Source: Sinorhizobium meliloti
GTDB taxonomy: Bacteria > Pseudomonadota > Alphaproteobacteria > Rhizobiales > Rhizobiaceae
NCBI RefSeq assembly: GCF_017876815.1
Contig: NZ_JAGIOS010000001.1
Location: forward strand, 3,390,001-3,422,000
Direction: 5' to 3'
DNA length: 32,000 bases
In this document: piece after piece, positions 7,427-16,726 of the stretch
Numbering within the stretch: position 1 is the first letter of the stretch
Layout of the letters: each line of letters begins with the position of its first letter
Position numbers and translations under genes: made by a program
Notes under the pieces: generated by a model
What the model was told of the DNA's origin: nothing
Databases searched by the model: none
Seen by the model: the letters and a program-made list of their open reading frames with translations, nothing else

Positions 7427-7517
7427 GTCCTCCGACGTTTCGCGGGTCCTTCCTGGCATCCGCCCGCCTGCGGGTATTTGGCACGGCGGAGGTTGTCCAG
7501 TCTGAGCGATTTTTTGA

Positions 7518-7574
7518 AGCCTAAAGTCAGAGCCTAAACTAAAGAGCCGGGCTAAAGAACGAGCGTTCCTAAAG
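7518..7574 (+). repeat. Cluster of five CTAAA(G/C) repeats immediately upstream of the small terminase gene (cosB-like candidate)
   Basis: AGCCTAAAG 7518-7526, AGCCTAAAC 7531-7539, CTAAAG 7539-7544, GCTAAAG 7551-7557, CCTAAAG 7568-7574. Preceded by a T6 run at 7510-7515. Confidence 0.55.
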
Positions 7575-8216
7575 ATGAGCCTTGCAGCTGACATCATGAC
7601 GAAGAGCGCGTTTGCGGCTCATGTCGGCGTCAGCGCCGGGCGCATCTCGCAGTATATCGCCGAGCGGAAGATCTTCGGCGATGCGCTCGAAGGCGAGGGG
7701 CGGAACGCGAAGATCCGCGCATCGGTTGCGGTCGAGCAGCTGCGCAAGACCCTCGATCCATCGCAGCGGTTCGGAGCGAACGGCGCGGCGACGCGATCGG
7801 CGCCAGCACCGGTTGCTTCCGAGCTGTCGTTCGATGGGCCGGAAAAGCCGAAGGCGCCCGTGAAGCCGACCGTCATCGCCGACCCGTTCATTGACGAGGT
7901 CGCGGCCGAGAAGCTGAAACAGCAAAAGATCACCACCGCGCGCATGGAGCGCGAGGAAGCGCTCGAGCTCGGCCGGTACATGCTGACCGACGATGCCCGG
8001 CGAGAGATGGTCAAGGCCGTGGCTGAAGCGTTCAAGGTCATGGAGCAGGCCATCCCCGAGATGGCGAAGGCGATTGCCGCGCAGTTCTCGGTGTCGACCC
8101 ATGATGCGACCCATGTGCTGCTGAAGTCCTTTCGGGACCATCGGGCTAAGAAGGCGCGCGACTTCGCCGACGCGGCGGCCGAGTTGGAAGAGCATGTCGA
8201 GGACGAGCAGCAATGA
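7575..8216 (+). CDS. Terminase small subunit (Nu1-like N-terminal HTH)
   Basis: MTKSAFAAHVGVSAGRISQYI HTH. Sits immediately upstream of the large terminase and overlaps it (ATGA). Confidence 0.8.
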   Translation: MSLAADIMTKSAFAAHVGVSAGRISQYIAERKIFGDALEGEGRNAKIRASVAVEQLRKTLDPSQRFGANGAATRSAPAPVASELSFDGPEKPKAPVKPTVIADPFIDEVAAEKLKQQKITTARMEREEALELGRYMLTDDARREMVKAVAEAFKVMEQAIPEMAKAIAAQFSVSTHDATHVLLKSFRDHRAKKARDFADAAAELEEHVEDEQQ

Positions 8217-10255
8217 CCGTGCTGTTCAATCCTGAGCGGCTCGCTCTCAGCGTGCTTGCCGAGATCTGCGAGCCCCCGCCGGCAGTCGATTATCTCGACT
8301 GGGCGAAGCGCAACATCGTGTTCTCGGAACGCATCACGGACCATCCGGGGCCGTACAACGAAGACCTGGTGCCGTTCTTCTCGGAGATCCTGCGGGCGCT
8401 GTCGCCGGAAGATCCGTGCAACATCGTCAGCCTCGCGAAGTCGGCGCAGATCGGCGGTACAATCTGCGCCAACATCTTCACGCTCGGCTCGCTCGACATG
8501 GCGCCCGGCGATTTCCTCTATGTCCATCCGACGGAGGAGAACGCCGCCCGCTGGTCGAAGACCAAGCTGATGCCGCTGGTGCGCGAGATGCCCGCGATCG
8601 CCAAGCTGTTCTCGCAGAACAGCCGCGATGCGAGCAATTCGGTGCTTTACAAGGAACGCATCGACGGGCGCGGCGCCATCCAGGCGGCCGGCGCCAATTC
8701 GCCGGCAGGCCTGTCGATGATCTCGCCGCGAAAACAGGTCCAGGACGATCTTGCCAAGTGGCAGATGAACGAGGCCGGCGATCCGGAAGTTCAGGCGGAC
8801 AGCCGCAGCAAGGCGTTCTTCAACGGCAAGATCTTCAAGATCTCGACGCCGATGGTTTCGCCGGGTTGCAAGATCACGTCGAACTATCAGGAAGGGACGC
8901 AGGAGACCTACCACGTCCCGTGTCCGCACTGTCACGAGTTGCAGGAGCTGCGCTGGGAGAATATGCGGGATCACATCGATCCCGAGCATCCCGAGCAGGC
9001 GCATTTCGTTTGCATCCATTGCGGCTGCGAGATCCACGAGCACCATCGCGAATGGATGGTGAAGCCGGAAAACGGCGCGAAGTGGGTTGCCAAATATCCG
9101 GAGCGCGGCCGCCGCCATCGGTCCTTCCGCATCTGGATGGCCTATTCGCCATTCGAACGCTGGGAGAACCTGGCGCGCGAGTGGCTGACGGTCCAGGCCG
9201 GCGGACCGGAGAACCGGGAAAAGGGCTCCGGCGCCGAGCAGACGTTCTGGAATGACTGGCTCGGGCTCGCCTTCGAGGCAGACAACAAGGCGATCGATTG
9301 GGAAGTGCTCAGGGATCGCGCCGAGGACCACGGTTTTCAGCGCGGTGTCATCCCGGCCGAGGCGCTGGCGCTGGTGCTGGGCATGGACGTGCAGGGCGAC
9401 CGCGTCGAGTGGCTGCTGGTCGGCTACGGCAGGAATCGGTACCGGGCCGTCATCGACCACGGCGTTGTCGACCATCGCGCCGGCAGCCACCTGGCGGACG
9501 CGAAGGAACATTCCGGCCACATCTCGGAGCCGGAGGTTCGCGCCGCCCTCGATCGGCTGCTGCAGCGCGAATGGCTCGACGATGCCGGCCGCAAGCGCAC
9601 CGCTGACCGCGTCGCGATCGACGGTAACGCCTACACCGACGATGTCTGGAACTGGGTTCGCAAGCATCCGAAGTCGCGCGTCATCATGGTGCGCGGCGGC
9701 AATACGGAAGCGGCGCCACCGATCGTGCAGACGAAAGAGTACGACCGGAAGGGCAAGCCGAAGAAGCAGAAGTGGTCCTCCCGCTTCTTCACCTTCAACG
9801 CTTCCGCCTTCAAGATCCGGCTCTATCGGGACTACAAGAAAGACGATCCGGAACAGGCGGGCTACATCCGTTTCGCCCGCGGCTTCGGAGACGATTTCTA
9901 CCAGCAGGCGACATCGGAAGCCCGCGTACCGGAGAAGACCCGGAGCGGTCACACCCGCTACGTCTGGAAGCTCGCCGAGGGCAAGCGCAACGAAATCATC
10001 GACATGCTCAATCAGAGCCTGGCCGGTGCCTATCGCTGGGGCGTGCCCTATTGGACCGACGAGGACTGGGACGCGATCGCCGATCGGCTCGGCCGGCTCG
10101 AAGCGCCGCAGCAGGGTGATCTCGAGGATCACCTGAACCAGATCGCCGTCAAAACAGAACCTGCCGCTGGCCAGACCGCCACGGCAGAACAGCAATCGCC
10201 GCTCGTAGCGGCCGCCCTCGCGCGCGCCGCCCGGGCAGCGCAGCGAAACCGCTAG
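8213..10255 (+). CDS. Terminase large subunit, GpA family
   Basis: 680 aa. The N-terminal LDWAKRNIVFSERITDHPGPYNEDLVPFFSEIL and overall layout are typical of lambda gpA-type terminases. Confidence 0.9.
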   Translation: MTVLFNPERLALSVLAEICEPPPAVDYLDWAKRNIVFSERITDHPGPYNEDLVPFFSEILRALSPEDPCNIVSLAKSAQIGGTICANIFTLGSLDMAPGDFLYVHPTEENAARWSKTKLMPLVREMPAIAKLFSQNSRDASNSVLYKERIDGRGAIQAAGANSPAGLSMISPRKQVQDDLAKWQMNEAGDPEVQADSRSKAFFNGKIFKISTPMVSPGCKITSNYQEGTQETYHVPCPHCHELQELRWENMRDHIDPEHPEQAHFVCIHCGCEIHEHHREWMVKPENGAKWVAKYPERGRRHRSFRIWMAYSPFERWENLAREWLTVQAGGPENREKGSGAEQTFWNDWLGLAFEADNKAIDWEVLRDRAEDHGFQRGVIPAEALALVLGMDVQGDRVEWLLVGYGRNRYRAVIDHGVVDHRAGSHLADAKEHSGHISEPEVRAALDRLLQREWLDDAGRKRTADRVAIDGNAYTDDVWNWVRKHPKSRVIMVRGGNTEAAPPIVQTKEYDRKGKPKKQKWSSRFFTFNASAFKIRLYRDYKKDDPEQAGYIRFARGFGDDFYQQATSEARVPEKTRSGHTRYVWKLAEGKRNEIIDMLNQSLAGAYRWGVPYWTDEDWDAIADRLGRLEAPQQGDLEDHLNQIAVKTEPAAGQTATAEQQSPLVAAALARAARAAQRNR

Positions 10256-10265
10256 GAACATCCAT

Positions 10266-10502
10266 ATGGCACTGACCGAACAGGAACGCGCCGTGCTTCT
10301 GGCACGGCTCGACGACGCACGTGAGGCCTTGCACCAGATGGAGCTTGGCCGCGCCGAGGTCTCGCTCAGCTATAACGGCGAGAGCGTCACCTATGCCGCG
10401 GCCAACATCGGCGCGCTTCGTCAATATGTCCGCGACCTCGAGGCGAAACTCGGCCTTCGCCGCTTCGCCCGGGCGCGCAGCCGTGGAGTGATCTTCGGAT
10501 GA
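10266..10502 (+). CDS. Head-tail joining protein, gpW-like
   Basis: 78 aa between terminase and portal. LTEQERAVLLARLDDAREALHQMELG...SYNGESVTY pattern. Confidence 0.75.
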   Translation: MALTEQERAVLLARLDDAREALHQMELGRAEVSLSYNGESVTYAAANIGALRQYVRDLEAKLGLRRFARARSRGVIFG

Positions 10503-12220
10503 GCGGCGAAGTCACGATCCTCGGCCCCGATGCGAAGCCGCTTTCGCCGGCAGTTCGTGCCGCTGCGCGCGTGCAGGTCGCGAAAAACCGGCTGATGGCG
10601 TCTTCGGCCTACCAGGGTGCATCCTACGATCACCCGTCCTTCGCCAAATGGCGGCCGGGCACCTGGTCCGGTCAGTCGGCGCTGACCTGGTCGCGCTCCG
10701 AGCTCGTCGACCGGCTAAACGACGTCGCCCGCAATGACGGCTGGGGCGCCGCCGGCACCTCGCGCCTCGTCGACAATATCATCGGCTCGGGCTGGACACT
10801 TGCAGCGCGGCCGAACCACGTCTCGCTCAACATGACGTTTGAGCAGGCGGAGGAGATCGCCGACAAGATCGAGGCCCTGTGGCGCGATTATACGCAGGAT
10901 GTCGACAAATGGTGCGACGCCGAGCGGACGAAAACCATGGCCGGCGTTCTCGGCCTTGCTGCCCGTCAGCGGTTCGGTCCCGAGGGCGAGGCCTTCGGTG
11001 TCATCGTCTGGCAGGACAATGCGCCGCTGTTCCAGACGGCGATCCATGTCGTCGATCCGGCACGGTGTTCGAACCCCCACGGTCGCATGGACGAAGAGTT
11101 CCTGCGCGACGGCGTCGCCATTGACGGTTACGGCGCACCGGTCGGCTATCACTTCCGTAAGTCGCATCCTGGCGAGTTCTTCGCCGGGAATACCGGCATG
11201 TGGCACTGGGAGTATGTCGAGCGGGAGACCGAATGGGGGCGCCCGATCGTCATTCACGCCTACGAGCAGAAGCGCGCCGGCATGACGCGCGGCGTTTCCG
11301 ACTGGGCGCCGGTGATGCGGTCGATCAAGCAGTCGACCGATTACGAGGATTATGAGAGCCAGGCGGCAATGCTGAACGCCGTCATGGCCGCCTTCATCGA
11401 AACGCCCTTCGATCCGGAAGAGATGCTCGAGGCGATGGGCGCCGATTACGGCAACGACGGTATCGCCAAGCTCTTCGGCGAAATGTCGGCCGCGCAGAAA
11501 GCATATTACGGCGCTGCACCGATCGACTTGCCCGGCGTTCGCATCAACACGCTGCAGCCCGGCGAAAAGGCGACGCTGACCAAGCCGGAGCACCCGAACG
11601 CCAACTTCGAGGCCTTCGTCAATGCGGCGCTGCGCAAGGTCGCGAGCGCCATCGGCGTCACCTACGAGCAGCTGACCATGGACTGGAGCCAGGTGAACTA
11701 TTCGTCGGCACGCGCCGCACTCCTGGAAATCTGGCGCGGCTTTACCGCCAAGAAGGGCGGCTTCGCCTCGCAGTTCATGGCGCCGATCTATCGGGCATGG
11801 CTCGAGGAGGTGTTCGACAAGGGCCTGATCGAGCTTCCGGCGGGCGCCGTTCGCTTCGAGCAGAACCCGGCCGCATGGTGCCATGCGGACTGGATCGGTC
11901 CCGGCCGAGGCTGGATCGACCCGCTGCGGGAGGCGCAGGCCGCCAGCGAGCGGCTCGCCGGCAATCTCACCACGCTCCAGCAGGAAGCGGCCGAGCAGGG
12001 GCGGGACTGGAAGATGGATGCGCAGCAGCGCGCCCGGGAACGGGCCTTCTACGAACGGCTCGGCCTCGATCCCGATCCGGGCAAGCCCGAGGCCAGATCG
12101 CAGGCGAGTGCCGCTCCGCCAGCCGAGCCGGGCGACGAGACCGAGGAAGAAGTCAACGGCCGGACTTCGGCACGGCATCCCGCCGGCATCCCGAGGATCT
12201 CCAGAAGGAAAACGGCATGA
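10499..12220 (+). CDS. Portal protein, lambda (gpB) family
   Basis: 573 aa, in the expected position after gpW and with the expected size. ATGA overlap upstream. Confidence 0.88.
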   Translation: MSGEVTILGPDAKPLSPAVRAAARVQVAKNRLMASSAYQGASYDHPSFAKWRPGTWSGQSALTWSRSELVDRLNDVARNDGWGAAGTSRLVDNIIGSGWTLAARPNHVSLNMTFEQAEEIADKIEALWRDYTQDVDKWCDAERTKTMAGVLGLAARQRFGPEGEAFGVIVWQDNAPLFQTAIHVVDPARCSNPHGRMDEEFLRDGVAIDGYGAPVGYHFRKSHPGEFFAGNTGMWHWEYVERETEWGRPIVIHAYEQKRAGMTRGVSDWAPVMRSIKQSTDYEDYESQAAMLNAVMAAFIETPFDPEEMLEAMGADYGNDGIAKLFGEMSAAQKAYYGAAPIDLPGVRINTLQPGEKATLTKPEHPNANFEAFVNAALRKVASAIGVTYEQLTMDWSQVNYSSARAALLEIWRGFTAKKGGFASQFMAPIYRAWLEEVFDKGLIELPAGAVRFEQNPAAWCHADWIGPGRGWIDPLREAQAASERLAGNLTTLQQEAAEQGRDWKMDAQQRARERAFYERLGLDPDPGKPEARSQASAAPPAEPGDETEEEVNGRTSARHPAGIPRISRRKTA

Positions 12221-13122
12221 GGAACTATCCCGAAATCGCCAGTCGGATGTTCGGCGCGCCGCTGATGCTGCATCCGTCAAAGGGCGACATCATTGCGCGG
12301 GCTTTCGGCCCGCGCGTGCTCGGCAGCCCGGACGCTCCGGCGCAGGTCGGCGGCGGCGAGGAGATGGGACTTCTCGGCGAGAAGCTCCGCAATGCGACCG
12401 ACTGGGACGGTGAGCGTGTCTACCCTGGTCCGGATCTCGTCGCGTCCGGCATTGCGTTGATCGAGATCGAGGGCTCGCTCGTGAACAAGGGCAAGTGGAT
12501 CGGCAAGTCCTGCGGCATGACCAGCTACGAAGCGATCGGAGTGCAGGTCCGGGATTGCATCGAGCGCGACGACATCAAGGCCGTCGTGTTCGAAGTCGAC
12601 AGCTATGGCGGCGAGGTGACCGGCGCCTTCGATTGCGCCGAGCAGATTTTTGAGCTTTCGCAGGTGAAGCCCACGATCGCCGTTCTGACGGATCATGCGT
12701 GCTCGGCCGGTTATCTGCTGGCCTCACCTTGCCGGCAGCTGGTCATTCCGCAGACCGGTATCTGCGGCTCGATCGGCGTCATCTCGATGCATGTCGATAT
12801 GAGCGCCTGGCTCGCGAAGGAAGGCCTCAAGGTCACCATTCTGAAGGCCGGCGAGCACAAGGCCGACTTCAATCCGTACGAAGCCATCCCCGACGATGTG
12901 CTTCAGCAGGAACTCGCCGAGCTAGAGGAGCTCCGCGTCGAATTTGCAGCCACCGTCGCGCGGTACCGCGCCGGCCGGCTGACACAGCAATCCGCTCTCG
13001 CCACTGAGGCGCGGGTCTATCGCGGACAGAAGGCGGTTGATGCCGGCCTCGCCGACGCGGTTGCACGCCCTTCGCAGGTTCTCGAGGCCTTCGAAGCTGA
13101 ACTGAGCCGGACAGCCGGCTAA
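12217..13122 (+). CDS. Head maturation protease, S49 (ClpP-like, gpC-type)
   Basis: Internal ATG (MRNYPEIASRMFGAPLML...) overlapping the portal stop. VFEVDSYGGEVTG and ACSAGYLLAS motifs typical of S49 peptidases. Confidence 0.85.
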   Translation: MRNYPEIASRMFGAPLMLHPSKGDIIARAFGPRVLGSPDAPAQVGGGEEMGLLGEKLRNATDWDGERVYPGPDLVASGIALIEIEGSLVNKGKWIGKSCGMTSYEAIGVQVRDCIERDDIKAVVFEVDSYGGEVTGAFDCAEQIFELSQVKPTIAVLTDHACSAGYLLASPCRQLVIPQTGICGSIGVISMHVDMSAWLAKEGLKVTILKAGEHKADFNPYEAIPDDVLQQELAELEELRVEFAATVARYRAGRLTQQSALATEARVYRGQKAVDAGLADAVARPSQVLEAFEAELSRTAG

Positions 13123-13147
13123 CCCCAACATCAACTGGAGACGACGA

Positions 13148-13690
13148 ATGTCGAACTTGACGCGTAGCAGCGCGCTCACGCGGAGCGTGCTCGCCGCCAT
13201 TAGCGGCAAGAAGGGCTCCCGGCTGGAAGACGAGCGGCCGGAAGACGAGGAAGTGATCGAAACCGAAGAGGAGGACACTTCCGCCGAGGATACCCCTTCC
13301 GATCCGGAGAGCGAGACCGAGGAGGAGGACACCAGCGCCGAGGCCGAGGGAGAAGAGACCGACGACGGCAAGACGTCGGCAAGCACCGTCCGCCGCGCCG
13401 AGCAGGGTCGCATCCGCTCGATCCTCATGCACCCGAAGGCCGAGAGCAATCCCGGCCTCGCCGCCGAGCTTGCCTTCGGCTCGAGGTTCTACTCGGCCAA
13501 GGAAGCGGGTGCGCTTCTCTCCTCCGCTTCCGCCGGCGGTTCGCGCCTTGCCGGTCGCATGGCCGGAAAGAGCCCGACTCTCGGCGCCGGCACGCCGGGC
13601 GGCGGCAAGGCCACCGAGAAACAGGCGGTGATCTCCACCGTCCGCTCCACCATCCTGGCCCGTCACGGCCGTAACCGGAAGGATTCCTGA
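13148..13690 (+). CDS. Putative scaffolding protein (acidic, low complexity)
   Basis: Lies between the protease and decoration genes. Acidic repeats EEEDTSAED / EEEDTSAEA. GGAG SD. Confidence 0.6.
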   Translation: MSNLTRSSALTRSVLAAISGKKGSRLEDERPEDEEVIETEEEDTSAEDTPSDPESETEEEDTSAEAEGEETDDGKTSASTVRRAEQGRIRSILMHPKAESNPGLAAELAFGSRFYSAKEAGALLSSASAGGSRLAGRMAGKSPTLGAGTPGGGKATEKQAVISTVRSTILARHGRNRKDS

Positions 13691-13692
13691 TC

Positions 13693-14049
13693 ATGGGAGA
13701 AGCAACCTTCGCCCCGAACGACCTGCTCGTTTCCGACGTTCCGGTCATCACCCGCAACATCACCATCGTCAGCGGCCAGAACCTCAAGCGCGGTGCTGTC
13801 CTCGGCAATATCACCGCATCGGACAAATACACCCTGTCCGCTTCGGCCGCTGCTGATGGGTCGCAGACGCCCGGCCTGGTGCTGGCGACCGATTGCGATG
13901 CATCCGCCGGTGACGTCGTCGCCGCGGCTTACGCGAGCGGCGCCTTCGATTCGACGAAACTCTTTCTGGGCGCCGGACACACGGCCGCGACCGTCGAGGC
14001 CGCTTTCCGCAAGGCAGGCGCTCCCCTCTACGTGCGCGTCCTGAAGTAA
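13693..14049 (+). CDS. Head decoration protein, gpD-like
   Basis: 118 aa immediately upstream of the capsid gene. The N-terminal FAPNDLLVSDVPVITRNITIVSGQNLKRGAVLG pattern is typical of the family. Confidence 0.8.
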   Translation: MGEATFAPNDLLVSDVPVITRNITIVSGQNLKRGAVLGNITASDKYTLSASAAADGSQTPGLVLATDCDASAGDVVAAAYASGAFDSTKLFLGAGHTAATVEAAFRKAGAPLYVRVLK

Positions 14050-14076
14050 GCCAGAGACCGAAAGGACACCACACAC

Positions 14077-15108
14077 ATGGAAGAACTTCTCCTCTCCACC
14101 GCGGAACTCGTTGCGGTTCTGCCGCCTCGCGATCGCCCGGAAGCTTTCCTGCGCGATCGCTATTTCTCCACCACGGTCCTTTCCGACATGGAACAGATCG
14201 TCTTCGACAAGATCCTGCCGGACCGTGAGCTCGCGCCGTTCGTCCACCCAGATGTTCCCGGCAAGGACTCGGCCAACCGCGGCTTCAAGGCGACCAGTTT
14301 CACGCCGGCTTACGTCAAGCCGCAGAATACGCTTCGCCCCGGCGGCAACATGATCCGCATGCCGGGCGAGCCGATCGGCGGCCGCAACTCGCCGGCGCAA
14401 CGCTACGCCTACAATCTGGCGACGATCATCGACGACCAGGACCAGCGGATCACGCGGCGCGAGGAGTTCATGTGCTCGCAGGTTATCCGCACCGGTCAGG
14501 TGATCGTCGAGGGCGAGGACTATCCGACGCAGACGGTCAACTTCGGCCGCAATGCCGCGCTGACGATCGCGCTCGCCGGCGCAGCGCGCTGGGGCGAAGC
14601 CGGCGTCGACCCGATGGACGATGTCGAGGCGTGGGTGCAGCTGCTTTCCGATACCAGCGGCTTCACCGCCCGCGAGGTGCTGCTCGGCCCGGGCGCTGCG
14701 GGTCTCCTGAAGAAGTCGCTGCGCTTCCTCGAGGCGCTAGACAACCGGCGCCAGGACGGCGGCATCATGCAGCTGGGGCCGGTCAGCACCGGCGCGGAGA
14801 ACAAGTATTACGCGGTTCTCGGCACCATCGGCGAGCTGACGTTCATCCAGTATTCGCAGCCCTACACGGTTGGCGGCGTGCGCAACAACTTCTGGCCTTC
14901 CATGGGCGTCGGGATCTTCGATCCCTTCGGCTTCATGGGCCACTTCGCTTACGGCGCCATCCTCGACAACGACGCGCTCCTGTCTATGGAGCGCTTCCCC
15001 GACATGTGGCGGGAACGGAACCCCTCGCGAACCATCGTCCAGACGCAGGCAGCACCGCTTCCGATCGCTCCGGAGCCCGACGCCAGCCTGTTCGCGCTGG
15101 TCCGCTAA
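14077..15108 (+). CDS. Major capsid protein, lambda gpE family
   Basis: 343 aa. LRDRYFSTTVLSDMEQIVFDKILPDRELAPFVHPDVPGKD is typical of Phage_cap_E proteins. Confidence 0.9.
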   Translation: MEELLLSTAELVAVLPPRDRPEAFLRDRYFSTTVLSDMEQIVFDKILPDRELAPFVHPDVPGKDSANRGFKATSFTPAYVKPQNTLRPGGNMIRMPGEPIGGRNSPAQRYAYNLATIIDDQDQRITRREEFMCSQVIRTGQVIVEGEDYPTQTVNFGRNAALTIALAGAARWGEAGVDPMDDVEAWVQLLSDTSGFTAREVLLGPGAAGLLKKSLRFLEALDNRRQDGGIMQLGPVSTGAENKYYAVLGTIGELTFIQYSQPYTVGGVRNNFWPSMGVGIFDPFGFMGHFAYGAILDNDALLSMERFPDMWRERNPSRTIVQTQAAPLPIAPEPDASLFALVR

Positions 15109-15131
15109 TCCCCAACCCCGTGTTCGTCCGC

Positions 15132-15160
15132 ATATCCGCCGGTTTCCAGCCGGCGGATAT
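15132..15160 (+). other. Perfect 11-bp hairpin just after the major capsid gene
   Basis: ATATCCGCCGG (15132-15142) / CCGGCGGATAT (15150-15160) with a 7-nt loop and no T-tract. Confidence 0.7.
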
Positions 15161-15182
15161 CGGGACTTGAAAGGACGCTCCG

Positions 15183-15587
15183 ATGAGCAAGAAAACCGAG
15201 CAGTTCAATGTGACCGTCAAGGTCGGCAAGAAATCCTACAGGCCGGGTGAGCCGGTTCCGGTCGGTACCGGCGGGATCACGGCCGAGGAAGCGGAAAACT
15301 TCCGCAAAAATTTTGGTGCCTGGACCGCCGGTCCCGACGCCACGTCCGCGGCGCCCGTGCCTTCCATCGATCTCGACAAGCTTCGCGAGGCGATCGAGAA
15401 GCTCTCGGCCGACAACGACAAGCTTTCGGCCGACAATGACCGTATGACGGCGGAGCGCGACAGCGCCATCGGCGACCGCAACACGCTGCTCAAGCAGAAC
15501 GAGCAGCTTGAGGCCGACAATGCGACGCTGGCTGGCGAAGTCACCAAGCTTCAGGCCGAGATCGAAAAGCTCAAGGCTCCAAAATGA
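15183..15587 (+). CDS. Hypothetical coiled-coil protein
   Basis: 134 aa, with a heptad-like C-terminal half containing a KLSADND tandem duplication. Confidence 0.65.
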   Translation: MSKKTEQFNVTVKVGKKSYRPGEPVPVGTGGITAEEAENFRKNFGAWTAGPDATSAAPVPSIDLDKLREAIEKLSADNDKLSADNDRMTAERDSAIGDRNTLLKQNEQLEADNATLAGEVTKLQAEIEKLKAPK

Positions 15588-15910
15588 CGCCGCGTCCCGC
15601 CATGTTCGAACGGATGGGGCCGAAGTTCGCCAAGGCCTTCGGCAATGCCGACGCGGTGTTCACGGTCGACGGGGTCCCGAGGCCTGCCGTCCGGGTCATC
15701 CTGCGAGTGTGGCGGGAAACCGACCTGGCGGAGGAGCAGGAGCAGGCGGTCGAAGGCACCACCCATCTGCTCGCCGTGTCCGCCTCCGCGGTTCCCGGTC
15801 TCGCCAGCCAGCGCGACAGCGTCGCGATCGGCGGCGTCACCTACCAGGTCATCAACATCGACGATGATGCGCGGGCCATGCTCCGCATCTCGCTTGCCGG
15901 AGACATCTGA
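15584..15910 (+). CDS. Head-tail joining/adaptor protein (gpFII-like, tentative)
   Basis: 108 aa, overlapping the upstream stop. In the expected position after the capsid. The ...VTYQVINIDDD... end is typical of head-tail joining proteins. Confidence 0.6.
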   Translation: MTPRPAMFERMGPKFAKAFGNADAVFTVDGVPRPAVRVILRVWRETDLAEEQEQAVEGTTHLLAVSASAVPGLASQRDSVAIGGVTYQVINIDDDARAMLRISLAGDI

Positions 15911-15912
15911 TC

Positions 15913-16206
15913 ATGAAGACACAGGAACAGGAAGCGCCGGCCGCCGCGGTCGACCCGATGGAGGACCTCTGCCAGGCGCTGTTCTCGACGGAAGAGGGCG
16001 CCAAGAAGAAGGCTGCGCGCCAGACCGCCGGCGCTATGACGCAGCGGCCGTGGCCGCAATTGCCGTCGCGGCTCCGCTCGGCGATCCGCTCCGACATCGG
16101 TCGCCTGCTTGATAGTGGCAAGGCGCGCGCACGGATTCTCGAGGCGGGTTATTCCGCGGTTGTCGTGAACCAGGTGCTGCGCGACCTCGGCCGCACGGTC
16201 GCCTGA
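15913..16206 (+). CDS. Hypothetical structural-module protein
   Basis: 97-aa ORF in the same direction and tightly packed with its neighbours. Confidence 0.5.
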   Translation: MKTQEQEAPAAAVDPMEDLCQALFSTEEGAKKKAARQTAGAMTQRPWPQLPSRLRSAIRSDIGRLLDSGKARARILEAGYSAVVVNQVLRDLGRTVA

Positions 16207-16207
16207 T

Positions 16208-16672
16208 ATGCCGCATCTCCGCAGTCAGATCTTCGCGGCCGTCATCGCGCGCCTCTCGGCCATTTCGGAGTTCTCCGGTGCTGACAAGGTGAAGCGCGGC
16301 CGCAAGGGTGCCATCCCGCAGGAGAAGCTGCCGGCCCTCACGGTCACCTGGGCCGACAGGTCGGAGACCTTGACGGTCCGGCCCTCGTCAGGGCCAGCCG
16401 GAGAAGACGGCTACGATCGGTCCTTGCCGCTCTCGGTCGTCGTGCATTTGCAGGACGATGAACCGGAAGAGGAATTCGATCGACTTTGCGTGCTGATCGA
16501 GGCTGCGATGGCCTCGGACATCACTCTCGGCGGCCTCGCCATTGAGGCGCTGCTGCAGTCGGAACAGTATTTCGTCAACCCGCAAACCGGCATCTCCCTG
16601 CTTGCCGGTTCGCTCAACTACCAGATCGCCTACAAGACGCTCGCCGCCAATCCCGACCAGGCTGCGCTCTAA
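16208..16672 (+). CDS. Tail terminator protein (gpU-like)
   Basis: 154 aa directly upstream of the tail tube gene. The sequence pattern resembles phage tail terminator proteins. Confidence 0.65.
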   Translation: MPHLRSQIFAAVIARLSAISEFSGADKVKRGRKGAIPQEKLPALTVTWADRSETLTVRPSSGPAGEDGYDRSLPLSVVVHLQDDEPEEEFDRLCVLIEAAMASDITLGGLAIEALLQSEQYFVNPQTGISLLAGSLNYQIAYKTLAANPDQAAL

Positions 16673-16677
16673 ACGCT

Positions 16678-16726
16678 CTGCATGCCGTTATCCCAAAACC
16701 GCTGCACACTTTTGGGCGGCATGCAG
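16678..16726 (+). other. Long bipartite hairpin between tail terminator and tail tube genes
   Basis: CTGCATGCCG (16678-16687) pairs with CGGCATGCAG (16717-16726). Inner CCCAAAA (16692-16698) pairs with TTTTGGG (16710-16716). Confidence 0.7.

Noticed and set aside
7619-10261. Very long minus-strand ORFs (880 aa here; also 2269..3747, 4718..6277, 10715..12280, 12869..13666, 21602..22699, 23024..23986)
   Set aside because: They lie exactly antisense to confidently assigned phage genes and are Arg/Ala/Pro/Gly-rich with no recognisable motifs. These are the expected stop-codon-poor shadow frames of high-GC DNA.
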